Source: Coniocarpon cinnabarinum
Taxonomy: Eukaryota
Assembly (NCBI GenBank): GCA_051942205.1
Contig: JAVECO010000036.1
Coordinates: 124,001 to 147,650, forward strand
Length of the DNA stretch: 23,650 bases
Direction of reading: 5' to 3'
Each line of letters begins with the position of its first letter. Position 1 is the stretch's first letter. Of this stretch, positions 1-10,200 are shown in pieces. A program made the translations under genes and the position numbers. The notes beneath the pieces are model-generated. The model did no database searches, had not been told where the DNA came from, and saw nothing but the letters and a program-made list of their open reading frames with translations.

Positions 1-1127
1 GACCATGAGATGGAGCGCATACCTGCGGTGGTCTTGACTTCGTCGATCTGCGCGTTGGAGCCGTCGAAGAGCCGAATGGTGATGTCGTAGAGAATAGGAT
101 GCTCGGGAGACCAGAGCGCGACACCGTCACGCCAGGCGTGCTTGTCGGAGATGAGGGCGGCTTGGTCAGGGTGGCCAGGTAGATTGAATGTCACGTCGGA
201 CGGTGTGCGCATGGAGAGGTCGATATTGACGAAGTCTTCCTTTTGGCGGATCTGCTTCTTGCCGCTCTTGCTGACGACCGTGCCAGCGAGCGATGATTCG
301 ATCTCCGCTGTGAGGGGCTGACCAGTGCGGTGACCTTGAACGGCAACGCGGGCGTGGAGATTGCCGCTTTGGATATCGTTAGATCGCAGAATCAGGCCGT
401 GGCTGCTGTCTGCAAGGCGCGTGGAAGGCACTGTCTCCATCCACACACTCTGCCAGATGCCACTGGAAGGTGTGTAGAAGATGCTCTCTGGCTTGGCGCC
501 CCAATACTGCTTGCCACGGGGCTGCTGGAGGTCGTATGCAGAGTCGAAGACGCGCAGGGTGAGACGACGGTCAGCAGAGGGCTCCTTTGTAGTGTTGTCA
601 AGGGCATCAGTGATGTCGACATCGAAAGGCACATGGCCGCCACGGTGGCCTCCGACATACTGGCCGTCAATCCAGATGCTGCACTCGTAGTCGACAGCGC
701 CAAAGCGAATCAAGACTCTTCGACCTCGTGTCTTGCCTTCATTGGTGCGAGGATCTTGAATCGAGCGCTCGTACCAGAGCACTTCATGTTCGCCGCCCTC
801 GCCAATACCTGAAGCAGGGCACTGGAACACGAAAGGGACTTTGATGGACCGCTTGGCATTTCGACGAGCCTTGGTGTCGGTGAAGATGTTGTTCTGGAGG
901 AGATGGTCGGCGTTGGCAGCGATCTTCTGGGTAATGGAGTCGGCCTCAGCACCAGCGCCCTTGGTCTTGCCGGCCTTGACCTGCACCTCACTAGGAATGC
1001 CTTTGCTTTGCCATTTCTGCGACAGACCGACGTCTTCGTCGTCGAAGAGAAAGTCCCAGGCGCCGTCGAGCAGCTTCCATCTTAGGTCTGGACGGACAAA
1101 GTCTGGGCGCGGGTAACTGCTAGTCAT
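1..1127 (-). CDS. Glycoside hydrolase family 2 (beta-galactosidase/beta-glucuronidase-like), N-terminal part; 3' end lies outside the window
   Basis: Manual translation from ATG at 1127 is open for 375 codons to the window edge (absent from the ORF track because there is no stop). It reads MTSSYPRPDFVRPDLRWKLLDGAWDF...VPFVFQCPASGIG...EVLWYER...LIRFGAVDYECSIWIDGQYVGGHRGGHVPFDVDIT...QPRGKQYW...IFYTPSSGIWQSVWME...LWSPEHPILYDITIRL...TTAGMRSISW. These are GH2 sugar-binding and Ig-like domain motifs. No signal peptide and no intron in the visible part. Confidence 0.93.
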   Translation of the reverse strand, partial: MTSSYPRPDFVRPDLRWKLLDGAWDFLFDDEDVGLSQKWQSKGIPSEVQVKAGKTKGAGAEADSITQKIAANADHLLQNNIFTDTKARRNAKRSIKVPFVFQCPASGIGEGGEHEVLWYERSIQDPRTNEGKTRGRRVLIRFGAVDYECSIWIDGQYVGGHRGGHVPFDVDITDALDNTTKEPSADRRLTLRVFDSAYDLQQPRGKQYWGAKPESIFYTPSSGIWQSVWMETVPSTRLADSSHGLILRSNDIQSGNLHARVAVQGHRTGQPLTAEIESSLAGTVVSKSGKKQIRQKEDFVNIDLSMRTPSDVTFNLPGHPDQAALISDKHAWRDGVALWSPEHPILYDITIRLFDGSNAQIDEVKTTAGMRSISW

Positions 1128-1185
1128 GGTGGCTTTTTTCAGGAGTGGCTTGTTTTGGAAACGGCTCGAGGGACTGTGCAAGGAG

Positions 1186-1438
1186 CTCCAGTGATGAGCT
1201 GACGGGGACGCTTTCAAGCTCAATCGATTGCCAGTTATATGTGTAGCCGGAACTCACGAATCGACACGCAAAAGACAGTTGTCCAGAGCGTGTGATCAGA
1301 ATGCTGCAGGGTGAATGGCTGCCGCGTAAGTTGGTGCTGTGGGGGCTGAACGGCCTACGGAATACTCCGTGCTCGCCCGCCGTCATAGTGGGGCAACAGT
1401 GGGGCAGCAGTGGGGCCTCCGCCAAGGTCTGACCCCGG
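1186..1438 (-). promoter_or_regulatory. Putative GH2 promoter: TATAA box plus a cluster of CreA/Cre1-type SYGGRG sites
   Basis: TATAA on the minus strand at 1235-1239, about 110 bp upstream of the ATG. SYGGRG matches at 1186-1191 (CTGGAG, -), 1339-1344, 1388-1393, 1399-1404, 1410-1415 (GTGGGG, +), 1417-1422 (GCGGAG, -) and 1433-1438 (CCGGGG, -). Function is inferred from the consensus only. Confidence 0.45.
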
Positions 1439-4271
1439 GTTCGTAGGGCTTAGTGGACGCCCGCTTCAGGGGCACGGCTCGGCAGGGCACGCCTTCTTAT
1501 GCTGCCCCGACCCCTGCTTGCCCTCCATCACCTTGCTTTCCGCGCGCGAGAAACGAGCCGTGAATTGTTGTTGTGGAAGACTCGCCATCATGGTGCACCA
1601 CGCCATGCTTATTCACAAGCTGTTCTCCTAGCCATCTTGTGTTCCATCTCTTCGGCTAGAAACACTGATTTCAAATACCAAGGGGGTCGCCTGGAAGACA
1701 GTCTCGATCCACACGATTGCTTCAATTTTGATTTCCAAAGCTGCTGTTTGATGTGAGCTTCTGCGCGAGGTCGAGCGCACATCATACGCCCCTTGATCGC
1801 GGATGTCGATCAGCTTGTTACGCCTCAAGCTTTGACTTACTAACGACGCTCGTGTAGTACTGCTAAAAAGTCAATTGCAACCGCGGCGGACTGAGATTAT
1901 CTCGCGATCTCAGTTTGCTTGGCACTCTAGACTGTGAGCATCTGCTGGTGTCAGTCTTATGATCTATGTGAAGCTTCCAGCCATTCCAGGAGTAACAGGA
2001 ACAAGCAGGCACTCTGTAGTGCCAGGCGCCATCTGGAAGAGGGGCGACTGAAGTTCATTGCTATGATCTCGACACTCCACGCAACAGCTGTTGCTACCTA
2101 CACCAGGCATGTTAACGTTGGTCTCCGGCGCCGATGACCTTCATCGCTGTACTTGGGCGTCTCTTGATGTATGTGAGTATTTTGAAACTGCCTAATCATG
2201 CAGCTTTGCATTCCACTCAAGCCCCTGGTCGGTTCCGCGCCTGTTGCGAGCGCTCGCCAGGCGTGTCGACATTCGCAATTCCTCAGCGTCGAAGCGAGGC
2301 GTCTGCCGAGATCGCTGAGTTCATGAGATTGATGAGTCTCGACGGACGAAGCCATGTAGTATGAGCAGCCACCTCGTGGTGCGCACGCGCGAGCCACATT
2401 CTGAACTTGCAGGGGACATTGACACTCCAGTTTGATGAAGATGAGCCGTTTTACAAGAGAATGCTATCTGCACGGAACGATATGATGCTTGGCGCCGGCG
2501 CTGGCGCTCATCGTCATTGAGTTGTATACGTAAAAGAGAGAGGGCTATGGCAATCGTCAAGAGCATTTACACGTAAAATTTGTCCCCTATCTTTTGGGCT
2601 TTGTCGTGTAGAAAGTTTGATCTTGCTTGTTTTCGTGCAATTGACTGCGTTGCAAAGCCAGATAAGAGGCTTTGGAGAGCACGTCACCATGCGTACAGGA
2701 TCGCTGCTGCATCAAGGAGATCTTCTATAAAAGACATCAATGCGTGCTGATCATATTTCCCAGCACATACTTGTGAGAGGAAAAGCGCCTTTGCGGCATA
2801 GGCCGATCATAGGGGCCACACGACTTGTGTCGTTGGTTGCATGTGCTGTTCTTCATTGTATTGCATGATGACTACAGCAATGATGATGCATCATCAACGC
2901 AGACGAAGCTTTGCATCACTGTATACTGATAGCGGATCTATGTGCACGACTGCTTGTTCTCCATTGACGCGCTGAACCTCTGTACAACTTCATTTGAGTT
3001 TGACCAGTTGAGCCAGTACATGAGCACATTCCTCAAAAGTGGTATCAGGCTCCAAGCTTTAATACCAACCACTCGCACTCGGTAATGCGCACGTGAAGCT
3101 CTGCTCTGTGTGTCCCAGTTTATTGAGAAGGATGCGGTTATCAAGTAGCAGGCATGTTCAGCCTGAACTAGTAATACCATTCATAATTCTACCATTATTC
3201 GACATGAGGGGATGAAGGCTCTTGAAGCTGTTCAGGTAATCTTGAAAAGCTCGAGTGATTTTCAGCGTCGTTCCTAATGAGACTGCTGACGCCGATTCGC
3301 ATTTTATGACGCCTCATCCTCATTTATGCTATGCCCTAAAGATGACAGTGCTTATTCTCTTGATCTTTAACATTCCGGTTGCGATGAGCCCCTGGAAAAC
3401 GTCGTTAGTCATGACAACACAAGTGTCGTGAAGTAATTGACCGCGAAATCAAGAGCGACGTCTGATAGTTTGATGTAACCACGATGCAGAACGAGCGATG
3501 TAGAGTCTTGCATTACGTCAGTGGTCTGTACCAGTGGCCTAAACCATTATAAATACTTCGACTTGCAAGTCTCGAATGCTACTCAGGCGTCCTGAATGGA
3601 CTCAAGAAAATGACAAACCAGAACACATCAAGGGGAAGAGACAACCACATGCTGCAAGATCCAGATCGACAAACATGATCAAGTCGACATTTGAAGCTCA
3701 ACATCAAGGGCGATGAAGATTATCATCGCACTCACTGCATGTTTTTTCGATCGCTATGCTGCTCACTGACTCAACTCAAGATACTCATGTTCCCCTAGTC
3801 TTCACAAACGGATTGAAATTATGAGTTAGATACACTTGGTTTGGACGAAAAGGAAATGAGGAAACGTCAGATGTCTGCTTTTGAAGCTTTGCCTCGCAGA
3901 TCCCGTGGTGGCATACTCATGCACCAATATATAAGGAATACTTAAGGCCTTTGCCCTCGACATTCACCAACGAGCCATTTGTGCACACATTCAAAATGCA
4001 TGATGGAGGGGGTGCAGTTTTCCCCCAGCACGAATCAAAGTTATGCGCATGATGCGGTGTGATGCCGACACGCAACGTGTTTGATTGTTCTTTTTGATTT
4101 TCCCAAGCTGCACTTTCCGTGTACCATTCATGCTAGCGGTGCAATCCCCTGGGCCATTCGTGGAAGACGATCTCGCCATCTTTTGACTGGCTTGCAGTAC
4201 AAAGATTGGACATGAAGCCTTGCGTTGTACTTCAAATACCGCTGTGACGTCGAGCTTGGGTCTTTCACATG

Positions 4272-4549
4272 CAGTGTGGTCAATAGTTCGATTATTATTG
4301 GTTCGGTTATAGTTAACCGTTAGGATATCGGTTTAGTTCTTATTCTTATTGGTTTAGTTATAGCGCTACTAAACTAAGACTAAACTATAACCTAACTATT
4401 AACTACTCTATAAAGTAGTTAATAGTCTAGTTATTAGTAGTTTAATTATAGTTAATTATTAAAACATCGGTTTAGTTATTACTTTTATTAGTTTAGTTAT
4501 GGCGCTACTAAACTGAAACCGAACTATAACCTAACTATTGACCACACTG
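4272..4549. mobile_element. Non-autonomous hAT-like TIR element (MITE), tandem dimer of 139-bp units, AT-rich and RIP-like mutated
   Basis: Perfect 17-bp TIR: CAGTGTGGTCAATAGTT (4272-4288) and AACTATTGACCACACTG (4533-4549). Flanking 8-mers TTCACATG (4264-4271) and TTTATATG (4550-4557) differ only by two CpA>TpA changes, consistent with an 8-bp TSD. An 8-bp TSD with CAG-starting TIRs is typical of hAT elements. Internally 4272-4410 and 4411-4549 align without gaps, with about 30 differences, mostly transitions. Confidence 0.85.
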
Positions 4550-5699
4550 TTTATATGACACGCTTCTTCCCTTTGTGTAACCCGATGTCCTCCCAGATAC
4601 ATAAGCTGCTTGATCTTCTTATTACTTTTCCTAAAAATGTCCACAGACGTCGGATTGCAAAGTCCGTACCAGTATACGTTGAGAGGGGCGAGCCTTTGGC
4701 TTCGATAATCATCGGACACCCTAATGATAGCTTCATTCTCTGCACATTGTTTTTGTATGGAGGCTGCGGCGATGCGCATCACCTCCAAGGCCCCTTTAGA
4801 CACACTCTGAAAACGCCGTTATCCCTCAAGTATGTCAAAAGCAAAGTTGCTGGTATTTTCAAGAGCCCCTCCATTCCTGCCGTGATTCCATTTTTGCGCA
4901 AGCCATAACAATTAGTCGGTGGAAAACCACGATCATGGAGAGGATATCTTCATAGAATGTCCATGATTATCAAGTGGAAATCACTCTTGTACCCCGTCGT
5001 ACACCTGAGAACAAGGTAACGTATGAAGATTTGTTATTATCAGCTAGCTCCATGCTTACTTCGATGAAGCCAGCTTAAGGATAACAAGTGGATTGTCTTC
5101 GCCAGCAAATCACATGGAGGGGAATATTACATGTCCGTCATGAATGGGACTTTGCCATGAGAGATAGAGACTTGCGTTAGACTCCTGTGATCATGTCAAG
5201 TCGAGAAGCTGGTGAGCATCAGCTTTACATGCACAAAATTTCAGGGCATCGCAAGATCATTTTATCCATTTCAAAAACGACCCATCCCCTTTGCTGCGTT
5301 GTGAAGGTTCTCCGAAACACGTCGTCGCATAGGCAGTCGAGACCAAGATTGGACCTCTTCGCCCAGGAGGGTAAGGATGACCGTCTTATTAAAGACAATG
5401 GAGCAAGCTGTAGTGAGCTTTCTCTGCCTCAAGTCAACGTGAATGTATGTGCCCGTTTCATAGGGGCAGAGTATTATTGAAGCTTCAAGAGGAGCGAGCG
5501 AATTTTGCTGGAAATGGATTCGCACTGTCTGAAGGTATGGCGATGAGCGTCGTTACACCGAGAGTCTAGCATGATTATACGGCGATCAGGAGGTATAAAT
5601 CGTTGCCCTATTCATACGTTTCTGATCGACACCGCATGTTAGCAGAGGTGATACCCCCTTGTGCATTGGATCCACACTGGCGCATAGCGTATTTGAAAC

Positions 5700-6553
5700 A
5701 TATCAGACACGAAAAGAAGGTCGACACAGCAGGGGTTTGAACATTTTCATTAGGAAAAAGCCAGTTCATGGCGCGCCGAGACGATGGGTATTCGCGGTAC
5801 ATACTCTCTCTTCTCATCGGCATTTTCCGTGAGACTGAGCGGCCGCTCTGGCCAGAACGTAATTGGTGCAAACCCGCCTTCGCTTGCTTCCGCGAATGAT
5901 GCGCTTAGCTGGAGAGAGATGATGTTTAAAATGTTCATGTAGCGACCACCACATATGTGCGATCCATCTGATTGTAGACGCAGTCCACAACGTCGCTGAG
6001 GGTCTAGCCCTCCACCTGAGAATAAATGAAGATCGAGCCGACAGTGATGTCGTTGGCTCCAATGAAGACCGTGTATAATATGTAGTCCTTAGATGGCACT
6101 GGATCGAATAGCGATTCACCTGTAGCAACGTTCACATTCTTCTCCTTGTCGGCCAAGATAATATCAATATCTGGATACAGTGGCACGGTAGCTTTGAAGT
6201 AACGCGTTGTGATATTGTTTGAGCATCCTGCCCCATCGGCACCTTAATTGTATATCGTCAGAGACTCGTCAGTGCGCTGAACGACGCATTGCGCCCACAC
6301 GCGTATACCATCGGCGGCCTTAAGCGACTCCGGGATCAAAGTGCCAGTGGGTGGTGCGTATCCGTCATGCTGCAGGAAGTAGGGAAAGCGTCCTTCATCG
6401 CTGTATCTGTCTCCAAAAACGACAATTGAGCTGGTCGAGGTTCCATGGACCTCTGGGCTCTGTAGTATTGGCATGGGCTTGAAGCCCGGGATGCGCTTGT
6501 ATTCCGATCGCTAGCAGAGTGGCGAGCTCCGTGGTCAGTAATAATTTTTCCGT
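5700..6553 (-). pseudogene. Secreted GDSL/SGNH lipase-acylhydrolase (CE16 acetylesterase-like) pseudogene
   Basis: Reconstructed: (T)EKLLLTTELATLLAIGIQAHP..WNLDQL/IVVFGDRYSDEGRFPYF..GYAPPTGTLIPES..AADGIRVWAQCV..TIYN*GADGAGCSNNITTRYF..LYTVFIGANDITVGSIFIYSQVEG*TLSDVVDCVYNQMDRTY/GGRYMNILNIISLQLS..EGGFAPITFWPERP. Blocks I (FGDS), II (NYA.GA) and III (GxND) are recognisable. Lesions: ACG at the likely start (6551-6553), frameshift near 6428, Ser>Arg at the nucleophile (AGA 6406-6408), TAA 6244-6246, TAG 6004-6006, frameshift near 5950. The 3' boundary is approximate. Confidence 0.85.
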
Positions 6554-7299
6554 GGTCAATGAGCTCGGAGACTACAAGCTCATTGGCGATCGAACCGTTA
6601 ACACAGCACTTGAGAAGCCCTGCTAAGAACAGTCAGGTTATACAGGCCAGGCGATGCAGCGGGTGGGCTTCGCAGCGAGCATAATGTGAGAAGACCGTGC
6701 TTGAGATTAGTTAACTCATCCCCTCAATCCTTCTGGTTTTCGGTTGCGTAAGTGCAAAGTAGTCTCCATGGAGTTTCTGAGGCATATATTATACTGCGCC
6801 GTCATTCCAGTTCACAGACTGGCGCTCCTAGGCTGGTAAACGCAGTCAGAGCCACAAAGCGAGAGCTCATACTGGCTCATCATCGAGCACTACGGTTTCG
6901 GCTGAATCATCGACTAAACCAAAAGGAATCAATGCTCCTCAATCTTGCATGGAAGACGCGAACGATTGAGCCCAAGGAAAGATTAGGTGATGCAGAGGTG
7001 TGACGTAGTGCATCGCTACCTTCTCCATTCGGTATTCAAGCTGTCACATGACTCAATATCACGTGCATTCAAGGATCGCGCACTCTTTAGATTTGCTTAT
7101 TGCTGATGAACAGGCGCATGATTTCTTCATGGTTTTAGCGGCAGAGATACGAGCAGCGCCAGACTATGGCATTGCAACCAAGTGATCACGGTCGGAGCTC
7201 ACACGCCTCCTGGGGTGCTGTTCAACCTACGTCTTTCCTGACCTCTCAGACGCTTCAAGCTACAGTCAACTCTTGCCAGAAGAAGATCTCTTTACTGCT

Positions 7300-10200
7300 A
7301 CCTGCGGTATCAAATGTCTTGTGCTCATTCAATAAAGAGGATACAAACACGATAGCGATGAAGGAGTCAGGGGCCTGCGCAATTCGAACCGTCAACCTTC
7401 TCCGCATCTCACTGCGCTGTGCCCGGTCTTTACACAGGCCAGAAAACACGACGATGGTGATCAAAAGCATAAGATCCCAAATGCCCTACTTGATGTTCAG
7501 ACACCCCTCACATCTTCTACGGCAAGCTTGAGTTGCAGTAAGTAATCTCTTTGCCCCTTGGTCAAAGTGACTGTGCTGTCACCGGAGCCACCAATCTTGA
7601 ATGACTCATTCACGAGAGATAACAATCGACCCCATGCAAATTCTACTCTTCTTTAACATTCCCTAAGTGAGGGGCACATATTTTGCGCGCATGTTGGGAT
7701 CGGAAGACAGGGAAGCCACTGAAGTAACCCTACCAAGCTTCTCGAGCTGAGAGCCAACCCAGTAGTGATCGTATTAGAAGTGTCGTTTTTCGCTAACTCG
7801 TAGAACAGGGGTATTGTTCACTTTCACACTCCCTCCACTCTTGGGTAACGCACATATGCTCATTAACTTTCAAGCCGCTACCGATCATCATCGCAACCTT
7901 TCAGCAGCAGAGCTAATGTCAAAACCTTAGTCAACAGCTTGAACCGCTTTGTCATGTCCCCCTAAGTACAATGCGAAACACGATATCGACATCTGTAACG
8001 GAGTTTGGTTTGGAAAACTTATCCTCTCCTTCATCAACAGTGACCCGTCTTTCTTCTGTGTGCGTAAGAAACGCTTTTATACCTCCTCTCATGTGACGTA
8101 CTCACGCTCACACTTCTGCATACAGCCAAGACTGATAAACAATTTTTTTCCACCACATACAAAATCACATATTCTGAGATCCGTTAGCTGACCATCAGTC
8201 ACTTACGGTAGTCACACTGGGGCTCGTTTGATGAGAAAAGCGGTAGCCGCTAATTCAAACTCTAGCAACTAGAAGCCTCTCCATCATGCTTGATCTTATA
8301 GAATTTTCGAGCAACGAAAGAATTTCGTTTCTAGCGCTGATAATAATCACCGCCATCCAAGCTCCATCTCCAGACGACCTCTAAAAGGAAGCGTCACAAT
8401 GACCACGAACTCATCTCTTCCCTGAGTCGACCTGTGGCTACAGAATAAGGCCACGTCACCAGCTCAGTATCTGTCTTTCAAGGCATTCACTTCCTATCGC
8501 TCTTTCCAAAGCACCAAAGCTTTGCGAGCCTTGCGGAGGCCCCCTAGCCCACTTCCATCTCATGGCATAGCTAGCTGCACTCGCTTAGTAAAGATGACGA
8601 GCAGTAGCGCCGGCGGCGATTCGAACTCCGTCAGAGTCTGTGACGGCTTTCAAGTTTCGTTTTTCGTCATAGTCATCACTCATCAAAATGACTTCGCCCT
8701 TCAAGCTCAGCTGGCGTACAAACGCTACAAGTTGCAAATCTTGAACTGTAAACATGATCGCTTCTCAACTTGATTGCTTGGCTCGCAGACTTATTATTTG
8801 CTTGCTGCTTCGCTGAATAAAGTCAACTTGAGCGTAAGTGTATATGACTTCCAATCACTTGGCCAACAAGGCTTAGCGAATAAGGTTTGGCTCTTAAGTA
8901 CAAGAAGCTGATTTGGCTGCGAGCGTCAACTTAGCGATGCATAGCACAAGACCTTCTGAGCTTGTCCCCATACACTCCTTGCCTAACCTTACTTCAAAGT
9001 GCATCCGGGCCAGCTTTATCCATCATCAAGGCTTTTGTAGTCCCTTCTTTGACGATGCTCATCGCCACTACCTTCGCAAGTGTTCAGAGCAACCCAATCA
9101 GCCAAAGCACTTGCACATTAAACACTCCCCTTCATCTACGTAGTACAAAATAAACGATTCAACCCCCTATCGTCATCCAGGACATCTCCAACTTTACTAC
9201 GCACGCAAGCACTGTATACACCAAGTTTCTTCGCTCACACCGCTGGGAGTTTTTAATAGTATTATCAATGATATGCTAAAGCACTATGCCTCAATGATAC
9301 CTAGTACACTCCGCCAACCCCGACACAAGTGCATCATAGCCTTTCATAGCCTCAAATATGGCAGAGGGCCACGTTCCTGATATCTCTTATTCATAACTTC
9401 CCACCAGCAATTAGACTTGATGCTTCCACAATCATATTTCATCAGTGAATCACGACATCTAAGCTGCCCGCCTTGAGAGGGCTTAAGCTCATCCTATAAT
9501 CTTTCATACCTGTTCAACCCCGATACCCTCCCCATCTCATTCTGCAGAGATCGTTTCCATGAGGATGAGCATCTTCTTATTCCTTCAGCTCGTCATCACC
9601 ACAGTATCTGACCATTACCTAGTTCAACATAGCCATTGTCAAACCAGCTCGTGCCCTTCCAATGGACCTATCCAAGCCCCTGAGGAAGATGAGGCTGTAT
9701 GACGCCTCAGACCATCCAAAGTCTAGGTACCTCTTTTAATCAGTGCGTTGCTAAAGTCTCGCAAATCTAGTACTCTTCACGAGCATGAACGCGGACCCTC
9801 GCTGGTCATTCATCCTATCGTCTAAGCCTCTATCTGATCACTATTTTTTTGATGCAAAGAATGACTTGTAGCCAAATAAACGATACGATGCCGTTGTTCG
9901 TCGTAACCACAATCCAGGCTATCACTTTTAGTAGGGGCTTGACCTTTATCGAGTTTCATGTATTGGAAAGGCTCCGTCGCGTTGGACGTTGCTTTCAAAC
10001 AATGTTTTGAAGATAGCGATCATCACTCTACTCTTTGCTCTTGACCATGTTGACGCGCCACCGCGCTTGTAGGACTAGGTCACTTATTGATACAATCTCG
10101 TGGTCCCCTTCGTGCATTGAGGCGTATCCTTATCAATTAGCAAATCTATTGCAGTTTGAAGATGCCTGTCTTCCTAGAGCAGCCTTTTTATTCCCAACCG

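Noticed and set aside
330..1116. Plus-strand ORFs (330-812, 841-1116) and alternate-frame minus ORFs
   Set aside because: Antisense or out-of-frame shadows of the GH2 coding sequence.
3713..3800. MKIIIALTACFF.. signal-peptide-like micro-ORF
   Set aside because: Stops after 18 codons with no supportable continuation; could be a relic but evidence is insufficient.
4128..4803. Minus-strand ORF of ~130 codons restored when the MITE and one TSD are removed
   Set aside because: GTG start, no recognisable motif, and length is within chance expectation.
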